Below, one piece after another: positions 63,921-64,000 of a DNA stretch of 64,000 bases. Both the position numbers and the translations under genes were made by a program. The first letter of the stretch is position 1. Every line of letters begins with the position of its first letter. Source of the DNA: Octopus sinensis (lineage: Eukaryota); NCBI RefSeq assembly GCF_006345805.1, contig NC_043009.1, positions 31,062,001-31,126,000 on the forward strand, in the 5' to 3' direction. A model generated the notes under the pieces. That model searched no databases. It was not told the origin of the DNA and saw nothing but the letters and a program-made list of their open reading frames with translations.

Positions 63921-64000
63921 TAAACTGAAGAGCACAAAAGTGAAAGGAGTACTTTCTATGGTGTTCCTGCTGCGTAGGGTGGTTAGGGATCTATGGAGGT

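Overview
AT-rich, microsatellite-dense eukaryotic DNA with no host protein-coding gene that I can support. The SINE families, the RTE LINEs with (GAT)n tails and the compound (TA/CA)n, (AAT)n and (CAC/CAT)n tracts match what I recall of octopus genomes; this assignment is from recall, not a search. The only convincing coding sequence is retrotransposon-derived. Two nearly identical young RTE-clade LINE copies lie in inverted orientation about 52 kb apart (1076-3491 minus, carrying the RT domain; 53210-54692 plus, carrying the C-terminal ORF with a PHD-like Cys/His finger). There are also several older RTE 3' ends, many tRNA-headed SINEs, hAT-type and piggyBac-type MITEs, and Penelope-like remnants. 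Most interesting: (1) minimal hammerhead-ribozyme folds, one canonical (27571-27616) and a family with a non-canonical CUGUUGA core (9327-9364, with relatives at 4397-4431 and 8945-8982); (2) a nested, modular inverted-repeat (foldback-like) structure at 44352-44972; (3) an unexplained ~405-bp, ~97% identical AT-rich direct repeat 28 kb apart; (4) four identical-type -1 frameshifts in an otherwise pristine RTE RT; (5) a degenerate ~21-bp array rich in CACCTG E-boxes. Nearly all ORF-track entries outside the RTE copies are microsatellite artefacts. Most repeat boundaries are approximate to about 10-20 bp.
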